Below are positions 1-9,419 of a stretch of 64,000 bases of DNA, piece by piece; position 1 is the stretch's first letter; each line of letters begins with the position of its first letter. Position numbers and translations under genes: made by a program. The DNA is from an uncultured Clostridia bacterium (GTDB lineage Bacteria > Bacillota > Clostridia > TANB77 > CAG-508): the NCBI GenBank assembly GCA_934154445.1, contig CAKPGC010000001.1, positions 21,787 through 85,786 on the forward strand, written 5' to 3'. The notes beneath the pieces are model-generated. The model did no database searches. It had not been told where the DNA came from and was given only the letters and a program-made list of their open reading frames with translations.

Positions 1-350
1 TAAAAGAGACAAGAGCAAGCTCTTATCTCATGTGTGGGTGAGGTTTATCTGTGGGATAAATCTCTATTTTTCTTTTTTTGGAACAATATTTTAATGCATA
101 TCTCTTTTGGGAGCAAATATGTACTAGAAACGATAGTCCTAAAAAGAAAGCTAATATTATTAATAAAATCTTTATTAACTCCATAGCTGTTAACCTCCTT
201 CTTACGAGATTTACATTTAAGTCATTAAAGACATAAATGCATAGATTAGCAAGCATATAACATAGACTTACTAGTCTATGCACTTATGCCTGAAGAAGGT
301 TAACTTCCCAACCAAGAAGATTATAATATATATTTACTTAATAGTCAATA

Positions 351-1580
351 TTATTTCTGTTGTTTTATATAATTTTTAAACATATTATAAGCCTTATCAA
401 GTGCCTTAACCAATTTGTCTACATCTTCTTTTGTATTGTAGATGTAGAAACTTGCTCTACATGTAGAATCAATACCTAAGAATCTCATAAGAGGTTGTGC
501 ACAATGATTTCCAGAACGTACACATACACCTTCTGAATCTAAAATACTTGCCACATCATGTGGGTGTACTCCTTTAATGTTGAATGAAATTACACTTGAA
601 TGATTTTCTTCATTTGGTGTTGTGTATAGTGTTAGATAATCTAATTTGGATAATTCCTGCCTTGCATAAGATATTACTTCATGTTCAATTTCTTGTATTT
701 TATCATATCCTAAATTTTCAATATAATCAATTGCAGCTCCTAAACCAATTACACCTTCAACATTTTGTGTACCTGCTTCAAATTTATTTGGAAGTGGTGC
801 AAATGTTGTATCTTGTTCATAAACATACTCTATCATATCTCCACCCATTAAAAATGGAGTCATTTTATTTAGTATTTCCCTTTTTCCATATAATACACCT
901 ATTCCAAGTGGTGCAAGCATTTTATGTCCTGAAAATACTAGAAAATCTGCATCTAAATCTTGAACATCAATTTTTGTATGTGGTATGCTTTGTGATGCGT
1001 CAACTATTACTACTGCACCTTTTTTGTGTGCGTATTTAATTATTTTTTTCACATTATTTATTGTTCCTAAAACATTTGAAACATGTGTAATTCCGACGAT
1101 TTTTGTTTTGTCTGTAATTTTGCTTTCTATTTCTTCGTCTGTAATTTCATAGTTTTCGTTGATATACATATAATTTAATTTGCTACCTGTTTGCTTTGTC
1201 ATTTTTTGCCAAGGAACTAAATTTGAATGATGTTCCATTATTGAAATTACTACTTCATCATCTTTTTTTAGGTTGTCCAATCCATAAGAATATGCAATTA
1301 GGTTTAAACTTTCTGTTGCATTTTTTGAGAATATTATTTCTTCTCTATGTTTTGCATTTATGAATTTTGCTATTTTTGTTCTTGTATTTTCGTATTGTTC
1401 AGTTGCTTCTACACTTAATGAATATGCCCCCCTGTGTGGGTTTGCGTTATATTTTTGGTAGAATTCTTCTACTGCTTTTATTACTTGTATTGGCTTTTGT
1501 GTTGTTGCTCCACTATCTAGATATGTTATGTTTTTATTTTCTAGTATTGGAAAATCTTTTTTTATTTGTTCTTTATTCAT
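351..1580 (-). CDS. sufS: cysteine desulfurase SufS (class V aminotransferase)
   Basis: 409 aa; PLP-dependent cysteine desulfurase motifs (HHSNLVPWQ, SGHKM); last gene of sufCBD-x-S cluster. Confidence 0.9.
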   Translation of the reverse strand: MNKEQIKKDFPILENKNITYLDSGATTQKPIQVIKAVEEFYQKYNANPHRGAYSLSVEATEQYENTRTKIAKFINAKHREEIIFSKNATESLNLIAYSYGLDNLKKDDEVVISIMEHHSNLVPWQKMTKQTGSKLNYMYINENYEITDEEIESKITDKTKIVGITHVSNVLGTINNVKKIIKYAHKKGAVVIVDASQSIPHTKIDVQDLDADFLVFSGHKMLAPLGIGVLYGKREILNKMTPFLMGGDMIEYVYEQDTTFAPLPNKFEAGTQNVEGVIGLGAAIDYIENLGYDKIQEIEHEVISYARQELSKLDYLTLYTTPNEENHSSVISFNIKGVHPHDVASILDSEGVCVRSGNHCAQPLMRFLGIDSTCRASFYIYNTKEDVDKLVKALDKAYNMFKNYIKQQK

Positions 1581-1583
1581 AAA

Positions 1584-1784
1584 TTATCTCCCATCATCTT
1601 CTATTTCGGATATTTGTTGATTTTCGTTACATTCTTGTGTATATACAATTTTCTTTTCTTCTGAAAAAGCTTTTTCTATTTCATCATAATTTGGTTCAAT
1701 AGGATTTATTTTAATGTTTTGGTATTTTATCATATTTTTCCATGTTCCCATAAATTCATCCATAAACTCTCTTGAATTCTTCAT
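1584..1784 (-). CDS. small hypothetical protein (66 aa) embedded between sufD and sufS
   Basis: ORF tightly packed in the suf operon (4 nt before sufS start); acidic, no recognisable domain. Confidence 0.3.
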   Translation of the reverse strand: MKNSREFMDEFMGTWKNMIKYQNIKINPIEPNYDEIEKAFSEEKKIVYTQECNENQQISEIEDDGR

Positions 1785-1817
1785 TAAATCTTTCTCCTTA
1801 AAATTACAATTATATTA

Positions 1818-2894
1818 TTAATCTAACCTCTTATCAATTTCTTGTAAAATTTCTTCTCTCAATTCTTCATTTTCAATCTTCTCTAAAATCTGATTAAATC
1901 TAGCTCTAACCATCAATTTCATAGCCTCTTTAAGTTCAAAGCCTCTACTCATAATATAGAATAATTCTTTCTCGCCAATTTTTCCAGCCGAACTTGAATG
2001 ATTACCTTCAACCTCTTCTTCAGAACAAAGAAGCATTGGTAAAGCTATTGATTTTGCTGCATCTGACAACAACATACAAGCTTCGTTTTCGTTTCCAGTA
2101 GCCTTTTTGCAACCTTTTTTGAAATCAATTGTTCCTTTAAAATGTTTTTTGGATGTATCTTTTAAAGCTCCTTGAACCTCTATATCAATATTAGATTTTT
2201 TCCCTCTTAATTCGCCTATATAATTTAAGTCAAAAACTTGATTTTCTTTTCCTAAATAAATTGTGTTTAATTGGTTATCACAGCTATCACCTTGTAAATT
2301 AGAATAATAATTTGTAATGCTGTGTTTTCCGCCGAAGTCAACAATTGTATAATTGATTTTTGCATTTTCTTCAAAATCATTTTCAATTGCCAAAAAGTTA
2401 TTTGATTTTGTATTCATTAAATTAACTAAAACTATATTTAATTCTGAATTTTTTTCTGCTTTTGCTTTTATTATTCCATTGTGATAATTTTCATTTTCTT
2501 GATTTGATGTGTATTTTATTATTACTGTTGATTTTGTGTTTTCGTTTGCAATAATTTCTATGTTATCTATTAATACAGCATTTTCATTATCAAAATTAAA
2601 ATCTATTTCTGCTTCTGATTTTTCATTTTGATTACTATTTATGTTTAATTTTATTTTTTGATTTGCTCCGTGTTTTACTTGATTCGTAAGTTCTTCACTT
2701 AAACCATAAACTAAATTTGTATCTGTATTGCTATCTATATCTATTTTAGATGTATCACCAATTATTGTTACATTTTCAAATATTGGTATTACTTCTGGAA
2801 CTGCAATATTTTCTAATTTTATATTGTTTATTCTGAAGTTTTTTGCTGTTCTAACTGGTGTTTCATTTAATTTTAAATTTTCCATATTATCCAA
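1818..2894 (-). CDS. sufD: Fe-S cluster assembly protein SufD
   Basis: 358 aa; C-terminal SufB/SufD signature (FYIMSRGF...); overlaps sufB stop by 8 nt. Confidence 0.8.
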   Translation of the reverse strand: MDNMENLKLNETPVRTAKNFRINNIKLENIAVPEVIPIFENVTIIGDTSKIDIDSNTDTNLVYGLSEELTNQVKHGANQKIKLNINSNQNEKSEAEIDFNFDNENAVLIDNIEIIANENTKSTVIIKYTSNQENENYHNGIIKAKAEKNSELNIVLVNLMNTKSNNFLAIENDFEENAKINYTIVDFGGKHSITNYYSNLQGDSCDNQLNTIYLGKENQVFDLNYIGELRGKKSNIDIEVQGALKDTSKKHFKGTIDFKKGCKKATGNENEACMLLSDAAKSIALPMLLCSEEEVEGNHSSSAGKIGEKELFYIMSRGFELKEAMKLMVRARFNQILEKIENEELREEILQEIDKRLD

Positions 2895-4284
2895 TTGCTC
2901 CTTCTAATTCTAAGTTAATAAGATTATTCATTTCAACAGCATATTCTACTGGTAATTCTTTTGCTATTGGATGTGCAAAACCTCTTACTATCATAGCCTT
3001 TGCATCTTCTTCTGATAGTCCTCTACTCATCAAATAGAATATTGTTTTATCACTTATTTTTCCTATTTTGGCTTCGTGTGAAAATTCAACTTCGTCTGTT
3101 CTTATGTCATTTGTTGGTATTGTATCTGAAATTGATATGTCGTCTAACATAAGCGATTCACATGATACTGATGATTTTGAATTTTTTGCATTTTCATTTA
3201 TTCTTACTAAACTTCTATATGTGCATTTTCCACCATTTTTTGATATTGATTTTGCATTTACTACACTTGATGTGTTTGGTGCATTATGAATTACTTTGAA
3301 TCCATTATCTAGGTTTTGTCCTCCACCTGCAAATGATATTCCTGTAAACTCTGTTTTTGCACCTTCTCCATTTAATATGCTCATTGGATATAGCATTGAT
3401 ATTTTTGAACCAAATGAACCTGATACCCAGTCCATTTTTGCATTTTTTCCTACTATTGCTTTTTTTGTATTTAAGTTAAGCATATTTTTTGACCAGTTTT
3501 CTATTGTTGAATATCTTAAATAAGCATTGTCTGCTACATATAATTCAACACATCCAGCGTGTAGGTTTACTTTATTATATTTTGGTGCTGAACATCCTTC
3601 TATAAAGTGCAAACTTGCCCCTTCTTCTAGAATTATTAATGTGTGTTCAAATTGTCCTGATTCTGGTGAATTTAGTCTGAAGTATGATTGCAATGGAACA
3701 TCTACTTTTACTCCTTTTGGTACATATACAAATGAACCGCCTGACCATACTGCTCCATGTAATGCAACAAATTTGTGGTCATTTACTGGCACACATTTCA
3801 TAAAGTGTGATTTTACTAGTTCTGGATATTCTCTTACTGCTGTTTCCATATCTGTGTAAATTACACCTTGTTTAATTAAATCTTCTTTCATACTATGATA
3901 AACAACTTCTGAATCATATTGTGCACCAACACCTGCAAGTGATGTCTTTTCTGCTTCTGGTATTCCTAATTTGTCAAATGTATTTTTAATATCTTCTGGA
4001 ACATCATCCCATGAACTATTTAATTTTGACTTTGGTCTCACATAAGTTGCTATCTCATCCATATTTAATTCTGATAAATCTGGTCCCCATGTTGGCATTT
4101 CTAAGTTGTTATATACTTCTAATGCTTTTAACCTGAATTCTCTCATCCAGTCTGGGTCGTTTTTTTGTTTTGATATTTCTTCTATTATTTCTGGTGTTAA
4201 ACCTTTTTTTATTTTAAAGTCATATTCGTCTTTGTTTTTTATATCATAGATATTTCTATTTATTTCTTCAACTTGAGTTTTCAT
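2887..4284 (-). CDS. sufB: Fe-S cluster assembly protein SufB
   Basis: 465 aa; SufB signature FYLMSRGLSEEDAKAMIVRGF at C-terminus. Confidence 0.9.
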   Translation of the reverse strand: MKTQVEEINRNIYDIKNKDEYDFKIKKGLTPEIIEEISKQKNDPDWMREFRLKALEVYNNLEMPTWGPDLSELNMDEIATYVRPKSKLNSSWDDVPEDIKNTFDKLGIPEAEKTSLAGVGAQYDSEVVYHSMKEDLIKQGVIYTDMETAVREYPELVKSHFMKCVPVNDHKFVALHGAVWSGGSFVYVPKGVKVDVPLQSYFRLNSPESGQFEHTLIILEEGASLHFIEGCSAPKYNKVNLHAGCVELYVADNAYLRYSTIENWSKNMLNLNTKKAIVGKNAKMDWVSGSFGSKISMLYPMSILNGEGAKTEFTGISFAGGGQNLDNGFKVIHNAPNTSSVVNAKSISKNGGKCTYRSLVRINENAKNSKSSVSCESLMLDDISISDTIPTNDIRTDEVEFSHEAKIGKISDKTIFYLMSRGLSEEDAKAMIVRGFAHPIAKELPVEYAVEMNNLINLELEGAIG

Positions 4285-4315
4285 TTTTTAGCTCCTTTGA
4301 ATTTTTATTTACTTT

Positions 4316-5089
4316 TTATTTATATTGTGCATATCCATTTTCTTCAATTTCTGAAGCCAATTCTTGTCCACCTGTTTTAACAATTTTTCCATTAACCAAA
4401 ACATGAACATAATCAACCTTTAAACTATGCAAAATTTTAGTATTATGAGTAATAATTAAAACAGCATTATTCTCATTTTTAAACATCTCAATACCTTTTG
4501 AAACAGTCTTTATTGCATCAACATCAAGACCAGAATCTGTTTCGTCAAGAATAGCAAGTTTTGGATTTAATACAAGCATTTGTAAAATCTCATTTTTCTT
4601 TTTCTCTCCACCTGAAAATCCAACATTTAAGCTTCTTTCCATATTTTTAGGATTCATATTTAATTCTTCCATATATTTTTTCAATTCGTCTTTAAATTGA
4701 AAGATTTTTACTGGTTCTCCTGTTATTTTATTTTTTGCATATTTCAAGAAGTTTGTAACTGAAACCCCAGGAATTTCTTCTGGCAATTGGAATGACATAA
4801 AAATTCCTTTTCTTGCAATTTCATCTGTTCTTGATTCTGTAATATCTTCACCATCAAAAGTTATTGTTCCATTTGTTTTTGTATATTCTGGATTATTTAA
4901 TATTGCATTTGCTGTTGTTGTTTTTCCAGAACCATTTGGTCCCATTATTACATGGATTTCTCCTTTTTTAATATCTAAGTCTATTCCTTTTAATATTTCT
5001 TTTTCTCCTGCGTTTACATGTAAATCTTTTATTTCTAATAAATTACTCATTATTTTAAATCCTTTCTTTTTTTTCAATAGTTCCATCAC
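4316..5089 (-). CDS. sufC: Fe-S cluster assembly ATPase SufC
   Basis: 257 aa ABC ATPase; Walker A GPNGSGKTT, signature FSGGEKKK. Confidence 0.9.
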   Translation of the reverse strand: MMELLKKKKGFKIMSNLLEIKDLHVNAGEKEILKGIDLDIKKGEIHVIMGPNGSGKTTTANAILNNPEYTKTNGTITFDGEDITESRTDEIARKGIFMSFQLPEEIPGVSVTNFLKYAKNKITGEPVKIFQFKDELKKYMEELNMNPKNMERSLNVGFSGGEKKKNEILQMLVLNPKLAILDETDSGLDVDAIKTVSKGIEMFKNENNAVLIITHNTKILHSLKVDYVHVLVNGKIVKTGGQELASEIEENGYAQYK

Positions 5090-5100
5090 TATTGAAAATT

Positions 5101-5547
5101 TTACTTTTTATTTGTTCTTCTTGCACAACATCTACATTTTTCTTTATTTATATCATAATCGCAATCTAGATTTGTTAGTCCAAGTTCCTTATGTACGTAT
5201 TTTGCTAACTTATTTATTGTATCATCTGTTATCGTTGTTTTTATTTTTTCTGCTTCCTGTTTTGCATCTTCTTCTTCTAAATTCAAAACATCTTTCAAAA
5301 ATACATAAACTATATCATAAGCTTCCAGTATTTTTTTTGCAAGATTTTCTCCTTCTTCAGTTAATTCTATTGTTCCATAGGATTCATAATTTAGAAGACC
5401 ATTGTCTTTTAAATTATAAATTGCTTTATTTACACTTGGTTTTGTACAATTCATTTTCTTTGCAATATCTGTAACTCTTATGTTTTCATTTTGTTTTTTT
5501 AGTACATACATTGTTTTTAAATATTCTTCCAACGATTTCGATATCAT
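5101..5547 (-). CDS. DtxR/MntR-family metalloregulator with C-terminal Cys-rich tail (CDYDINKEKCRCC)
   Basis: 148 aa; N-terminal HTH and dimerisation region align with B. subtilis MntR (SLEEYLKTMYVL..IRVTDIA..PSV); canonical MntR His/Glu metal ligands not conserved; extra Cys cluster; 11 nt upstream of sufC. Confidence 0.7.
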   Translation of the reverse strand: MISKSLEEYLKTMYVLKKQNENIRVTDIAKKMNCTKPSVNKAIYNLKDNGLLNYESYGTIELTEEGENLAKKILEAYDIVYVFLKDVLNLEEEDAKQEAEKIKTTITDDTINKLAKYVHKELGLTNLDCDYDINKEKCRCCARRTNKK

Positions 5548-5580
5548 TTTTGCATCTCCTTTTTGTTAGTTTCGGTTAAC

Positions 5581-5609
5581 ATTATACTCTGATATCTATT
5601 TTTTGTCAA
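5581..5609 (-). promoter_or_regulatory. sigma-A type promoter for regulator-sufCBDS operon (TTGACA-17-TATAAT)
   Basis: minus-sense cTTGACAaaaaatagatatcagagTATAATg; perfect consensus hexamers with 17 nt spacer about 35 nt upstream of regulator start. Confidence 0.5.
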
Positions 5610-5653
5610 GTTTTTTCATATTTATTTTTAAGCCAATTACCTTTACAATACAG

Positions 5654-5682
5654 AAAATCCTTACATATATTGTAAGGATTTT
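5654..5682. terminator. perfect 12-bp hairpin downstream of thrS
   Basis: aaaatccttaca-tatat-tgtaaggatttt; T-tract lies on the plus side, so orientation relative to thrS is ambiguous. Confidence 0.45.
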
Positions 5683-5703
5683 CTTATTTTAGTTTGCATA
5701 TTT

Positions 5704-7629
5704 TTATTTTGTTTTATTCTCAACTTCATATTTTATTTTTGAAATAAACTCATCAGATTTCATCACTTCATTTTCAGCACTTTCTCTTGAACGAATTGAA
5801 ACAGAGTCTTCTTCAACTTCCTTTGCTCCAATTACTAACATATAAGGAACCTTTTCAAGTTGAGCTTCACGTATTTTATATCCAACTTTTTCATTTCTAT
5901 CATCTAAAACGACACGAATTCCAGCTTTGTGTAATTTCTCTTCAAGTGTTTTTGCATAATCATGTTGTGCATCTGTAATAGGAAGTATTTTTACTTGTGT
6001 TGGTGATAGCCATAATGGAAATGCACCTTTTGTTTCTTCAATTAAGAAACACATAAATCTATCAAATGTTCCTAAAATTGCTCTGTGGATAACAACTGGT
6101 CTATGTTTTTCTCCATCTTCTCCAACATATTCTAGCTTAAATCTTTCTGGCAATAAGAAATCTAATTGGCAAGTTGATACTGTTACATCATGTCCAACTG
6201 CTGATTTTAATTGGACATCTAATTTTGGTCCATAGAATGCAGCTTCTCCTTCTGCTTCATAGAATGGTACTCCAAGTTCTGTTAAAATTTCTCTTAATTG
6301 ACCTTCTGCTTTTTCCCACATTTCATCATCGTCAAAATATTTTTCTTTATTATTTTTGTCTCTTAAAGATAATCTAAATTCATAATCTTTAAATCCAAAA
6401 TCTTTGTAAACAGATAAAATTAATTGAACAACTTTTCCGAATTCTTCTTTTATTTGATCTGGTCTTACAAAAAGGTGAGCATCATTTTGACACATTTCAC
6501 GAACTCTCTCTAAACCGCAAACACTTCCGCTGTCTTCATATCTAAAGTCATGTGCAAGTTCTCCAATTCTTATTGGTAAATCTCTGTATGAGTGCATTTT
6601 ATTTTTATAAATAAGCATGTGATGTGGACAGTTCATTGGTCTTAATACCATTTCTTCATTATCCATTTTCATAACAGGGAACATATCTTCTTTGTAGTGA
6701 TCCCAGTGACCTGAAACTTTGTATAATTCTGTATTTGCAAGTGATGGTGTATATACATGTTGATATCCCATTTCAACTTCTTTATCTTGTATATATCTTT
6801 CTAGTAATCTTCTTACTGTTGCTCCATTTGGTAAATACATTGGAAGTCCTGAACCTACTAATGGGCTTGTCATAAATAATTCTAAGTCTTTTCCTATTTT
6901 TCTGTGATCACGTTGTCTTGCTTCTTCTAATTTTTGCATATATTCATCAACTTGACTTGCTTTTGGGAATGATATAGCATAAATTCTTTGTAGCATTTTA
7001 TTCTTTTCATCACCTCTCCAATAAGCTCCTGAAGATGATAATATTTTGACAGCTTTTACTTTTCCTGTTTTCATTAAATGTGGTCCAGCACATAAGTCTG
7101 TAAAATCACCTTGTTTGTAAAAGCTTATTTCTTCCCCATCTGCTAAATCATTTATTAATTCTTGTTTATATGGTTGTCCTTCCATTAATTTTAAAGCCTC
7201 TTGTTTTGATAAAGTAAATCTTTCTATTTCAAAATCTTCTTTTATTATTTTCTTCATTTCTGCTTCGATATTTGCTTTATCTTCATCTGTAAATGGTTTT
7301 TCTACATCAAAGTCATAGTAAAATCCATTTTCGATACTTGGTCCTATTGCAAATTTTACGTTTGGGAACAATCTTTGCACAGCTTGTGCCATTATATGTG
7401 ATGTTGTATGCCAATAAGCTTTTTTTCCATCAATACTACTTTCAAATGTTTCTATACTTAAACTGCAATCCTCTTGCAATTCGTATCTTAAGTCTTTCAC
7501 TTCTCCATTTACTATTCCACAAGTTGCCATTCTTGCTAAACCTTCACTTATTTTTTGTGCTACTTCTATTATTGAAGTTCCTTGCTCTACTTCTATATTA
7601 GAGCCATCTTTTAATGTTACCTTAACCAT
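5704..7629 (-). CDS. thrS: threonine--tRNA ligase
   Basis: 641 aa; TGS domain, class II aaRS motifs, HRKIGKDLELF. Confidence 0.95.
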   Translation of the reverse strand: MVKVTLKDGSNIEVEQGTSIIEVAQKISEGLARMATCGIVNGEVKDLRYELQEDCSLSIETFESSIDGKKAYWHTTSHIMAQAVQRLFPNVKFAIGPSIENGFYYDFDVEKPFTDEDKANIEAEMKKIIKEDFEIERFTLSKQEALKLMEGQPYKQELINDLADGEEISFYKQGDFTDLCAGPHLMKTGKVKAVKILSSSGAYWRGDEKNKMLQRIYAISFPKASQVDEYMQKLEEARQRDHRKIGKDLELFMTSPLVGSGLPMYLPNGATVRRLLERYIQDKEVEMGYQHVYTPSLANTELYKVSGHWDHYKEDMFPVMKMDNEEMVLRPMNCPHHMLIYKNKMHSYRDLPIRIGELAHDFRYEDSGSVCGLERVREMCQNDAHLFVRPDQIKEEFGKVVQLILSVYKDFGFKDYEFRLSLRDKNNKEKYFDDDEMWEKAEGQLREILTELGVPFYEAEGEAAFYGPKLDVQLKSAVGHDVTVSTCQLDFLLPERFKLEYVGEDGEKHRPVVIHRAILGTFDRFMCFLIEETKGAFPLWLSPTQVKILPITDAQHDYAKTLEEKLHKAGIRVVLDDRNEKVGYKIREAQLEKVPYMLVIGAKEVEEDSVSIRSRESAENEVMKSDEFISKIKYEVENKTK

Positions 7630-7639
7630 AATACTTCCT

Positions 7640-7925
7640 CCTTTATTCTTTTTTTAAGATAGATTATTAGTTTTAAAAAAACACACTCCTATAGATTAAA
7701 AAATCTATAGGAGTGCTTCTATTACACGGTTCCATCCTAATTTTTACTCAATTATAAGACTATAACGCATCTTACACGTTTGGTTTATTCACCAAAAACT
7801 TGAAGAGTTAGTTTTTCAAATATGTTTTCTTGAATTAGCTTTCAGCCACGGCTATTTCTCTCTTTTTAGTAACCTTTATTTTACTTTTTCTCTTACTTGC
7901 CTTTTATTATAAACTAATTATAATT
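7640..7925 (-). promoter_or_regulatory. T-box leader (tRNA-Thr sensing) upstream of thrS
   Basis: minus-sense T-box motif AAATTAGGATGGAACCGTG at 7726-7744, followed by terminator hairpin cactcctatagatt/aatctataggagtg at 7684-7716; candidate ACU specifier in Stem I. Confidence 0.75.
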
Positions 7926-7977
7926 TTAATACCTTTTTTGGAAAAAGTCAAGTATTTATTAAATAGAAACTTTTTCC

Positions 7978-8181
7978 TCAAATATTAACAATACTAATAT
8001 TATTTATTGTTTCTTCTATTTTATTCTTGCTATAATTATCTAATGCACTTGTTGACTCGTCAAATAATATAATTGATGTATCTATTAGTATTGCTCTTGC
8101 TATCGCAATCCTTTGTTTTTGACCAACTGAAATATTATTATTATTTTCATTTACCATTAATAAATTATCCTTTATGCTCAC
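7978..8181 (-). pseudogene. remnant of ABC transporter ATP-binding domain (signature motif to Walker B region only)
   Basis: 67 aa ORF with ISVGQKQRIAIARAIL and IILFDESTSALD but no Walker A or transmembrane part. Confidence 0.55.
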
Positions 8182-8282
8182 ATTAAATAAAAAATCTTAT
8201 CCAATTTCAATGGATATACTGAAAATTTTGTTATTTTGTGGTATTATATACTTGAAATTACCAATATTAAAGGAGCAATATA

Positions 8283-8726
8283 ATGAATAACAAATATTAT
8301 TTTAAAAATGATACTAAATTAACAAATTATTTTTTGTGTGATGTTATAATAGATGGACTAAGATATTCTTCAAGCGAGGCGGCATATCATTCACAAAAAT
8401 TTTTAGACGAAGATATAAAGAAATTGATGACAAAACTTACACCCGACGAATCAAAAAATGTTAGTAGAGAATTATCAAGATTTATACGAGATGATTGGGA
8501 GAATGTCAAATATAGTTTAATGAAGAAAGTAGTGCTTGAAAAATTCAAACAAAATCCTGAATGTTTAAAAGAATTGTTAGACACAAGAGATATGGAATTA
8601 ATAGAAGATACAACAGGTTGGCACGATAATATATGGGGAAAATGTATGTGTGATGATTGCAAAGATTTAGAACATAAAAATTTATTAGGTAAAATTTTAA
8701 TGGAAGTAAGAGAAGAATTGAAATAA
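8283..8726 (+). CDS. NADAR (YbiA-like, DUF1768) family protein
   Basis: 147 aa; aligns with E. coli YbiA core (SSSEAAYHSQKFLDE; WG..C; LLGKILMEVREEL); RBS aaaggag. Confidence 0.7.
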   Translation: MNNKYYFKNDTKLTNYFLCDVIIDGLRYSSSEAAYHSQKFLDEDIKKLMTKLTPDESKNVSRELSRFIRDDWENVKYSLMKKVVLEKFKQNPECLKELLDTRDMELIEDTTGWHDNIWGKCMCDDCKDLEHKNLLGKILMEVREELK

Positions 8727-8837
8727 CATTTTTAAAGAGTAAAACAACGGAATTGATTTTAGCATAAGTTTTTAAAAATGTATACTTAGAAATTGCAATT
8801 AAACTAAATTTTATAAATCAATATAAAACGATACTTC

Positions 8838-8866
8838 TTGCAAAATTATGTTAATTATGCTATACT
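8838..8866 (+). promoter_or_regulatory. candidate sigma-A promoter (TTGCAA-17-TATACT) for zinc-ribbon ORF
   Basis: hexamers with 17-nt spacer about 70 nt upstream of ATG at 8938. Confidence 0.4.
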
Positions 8867-8937
8867 ATTTATGATATTTCGGTATTGTAGAAAATCCCAC
8901 ATAATAATTTATGCTAATTAGCAAGGAGGAAATCAAC

Positions 8938-9369
8938 ATGAAAGTTTATGCATGCGCTATTTGCGGAAAAGAACATGTAAAGTTATGGCGTCCTTATATG
9001 AGCACCGAACCGCTTATCTGTGCAACATGTGCAGAAGAACGGCAAAGCCCAAGAGAGTACAATGAATGTACTTGGGAAGAAAAATCTGACCTTTATATAG
9101 GAACTCCTACTGGAAAGAAACTTCCGCTTGCCAAGTGGGAAGTCAATGAAAAAGGTAAAATTCCTTCATATCATGGACCCGGTCCAGAAGGACTGCCTAT
9201 GAGAATGACGGACCAACTTATCGTTAACCTTAAGGATGTCTCTAAATCATATTCATCTGGTGAATCAATTTTGATTCCAGCTGTGCCTGATGAAAATGGA
9301 GATTTTTGGGGATATACTTCTGTACCTAAAGAACGTTGTAACTGGTGGGAAGAATTACCGTCAAGATAA
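8938..9369 (+). CDS. hypothetical zinc-ribbon protein (CxxC-x19-CxxC), GC-rich relative to surroundings
   Basis: start chosen at MKVYACAICGK with RBS aggagg 8 nt upstream (ORF track starts earlier at 8911); about 40% GC versus about 26% locally. Confidence 0.5.
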   Translation: MKVYACAICGKEHVKLWRPYMSTEPLICATCAEERQSPREYNECTWEEKSDLYIGTPTGKKLPLAKWEVNEKGKIPSYHGPGPEGLPMRMTDQLIVNLKDVSKSYSSGESILIPAVPDENGDFWGYTSVPKERCNWWEELPSR

Positions 9370-9383
9370 AACCGGTAATGTCA

Positions 9384-9419
9384 AAAGAGTCTAGAAAATT
9401 CTAGACTCTTTTGATTTTA
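9384..9419 (+). terminator. rho-independent terminator after zinc-ribbon ORF
   Basis: perfect stem agagtctaga/tctagactct with 4-nt loop, followed by TTTGATTTT. Confidence 0.8.

Noticed and set aside
23-283. 86-aa minus-strand ORF downstream of sufS
   Set aside because: Low-complexity and hydrophobic, with no similarity to SufU/IscU or any known family; it lies in a region better explained as structured non-coding sequence.
8911-8937. Upstream start MLISKEEIN for the zinc-ribbon ORF
   Set aside because: No RBS, whereas the ATG at 8938 has AGGAGG at optimal spacing.
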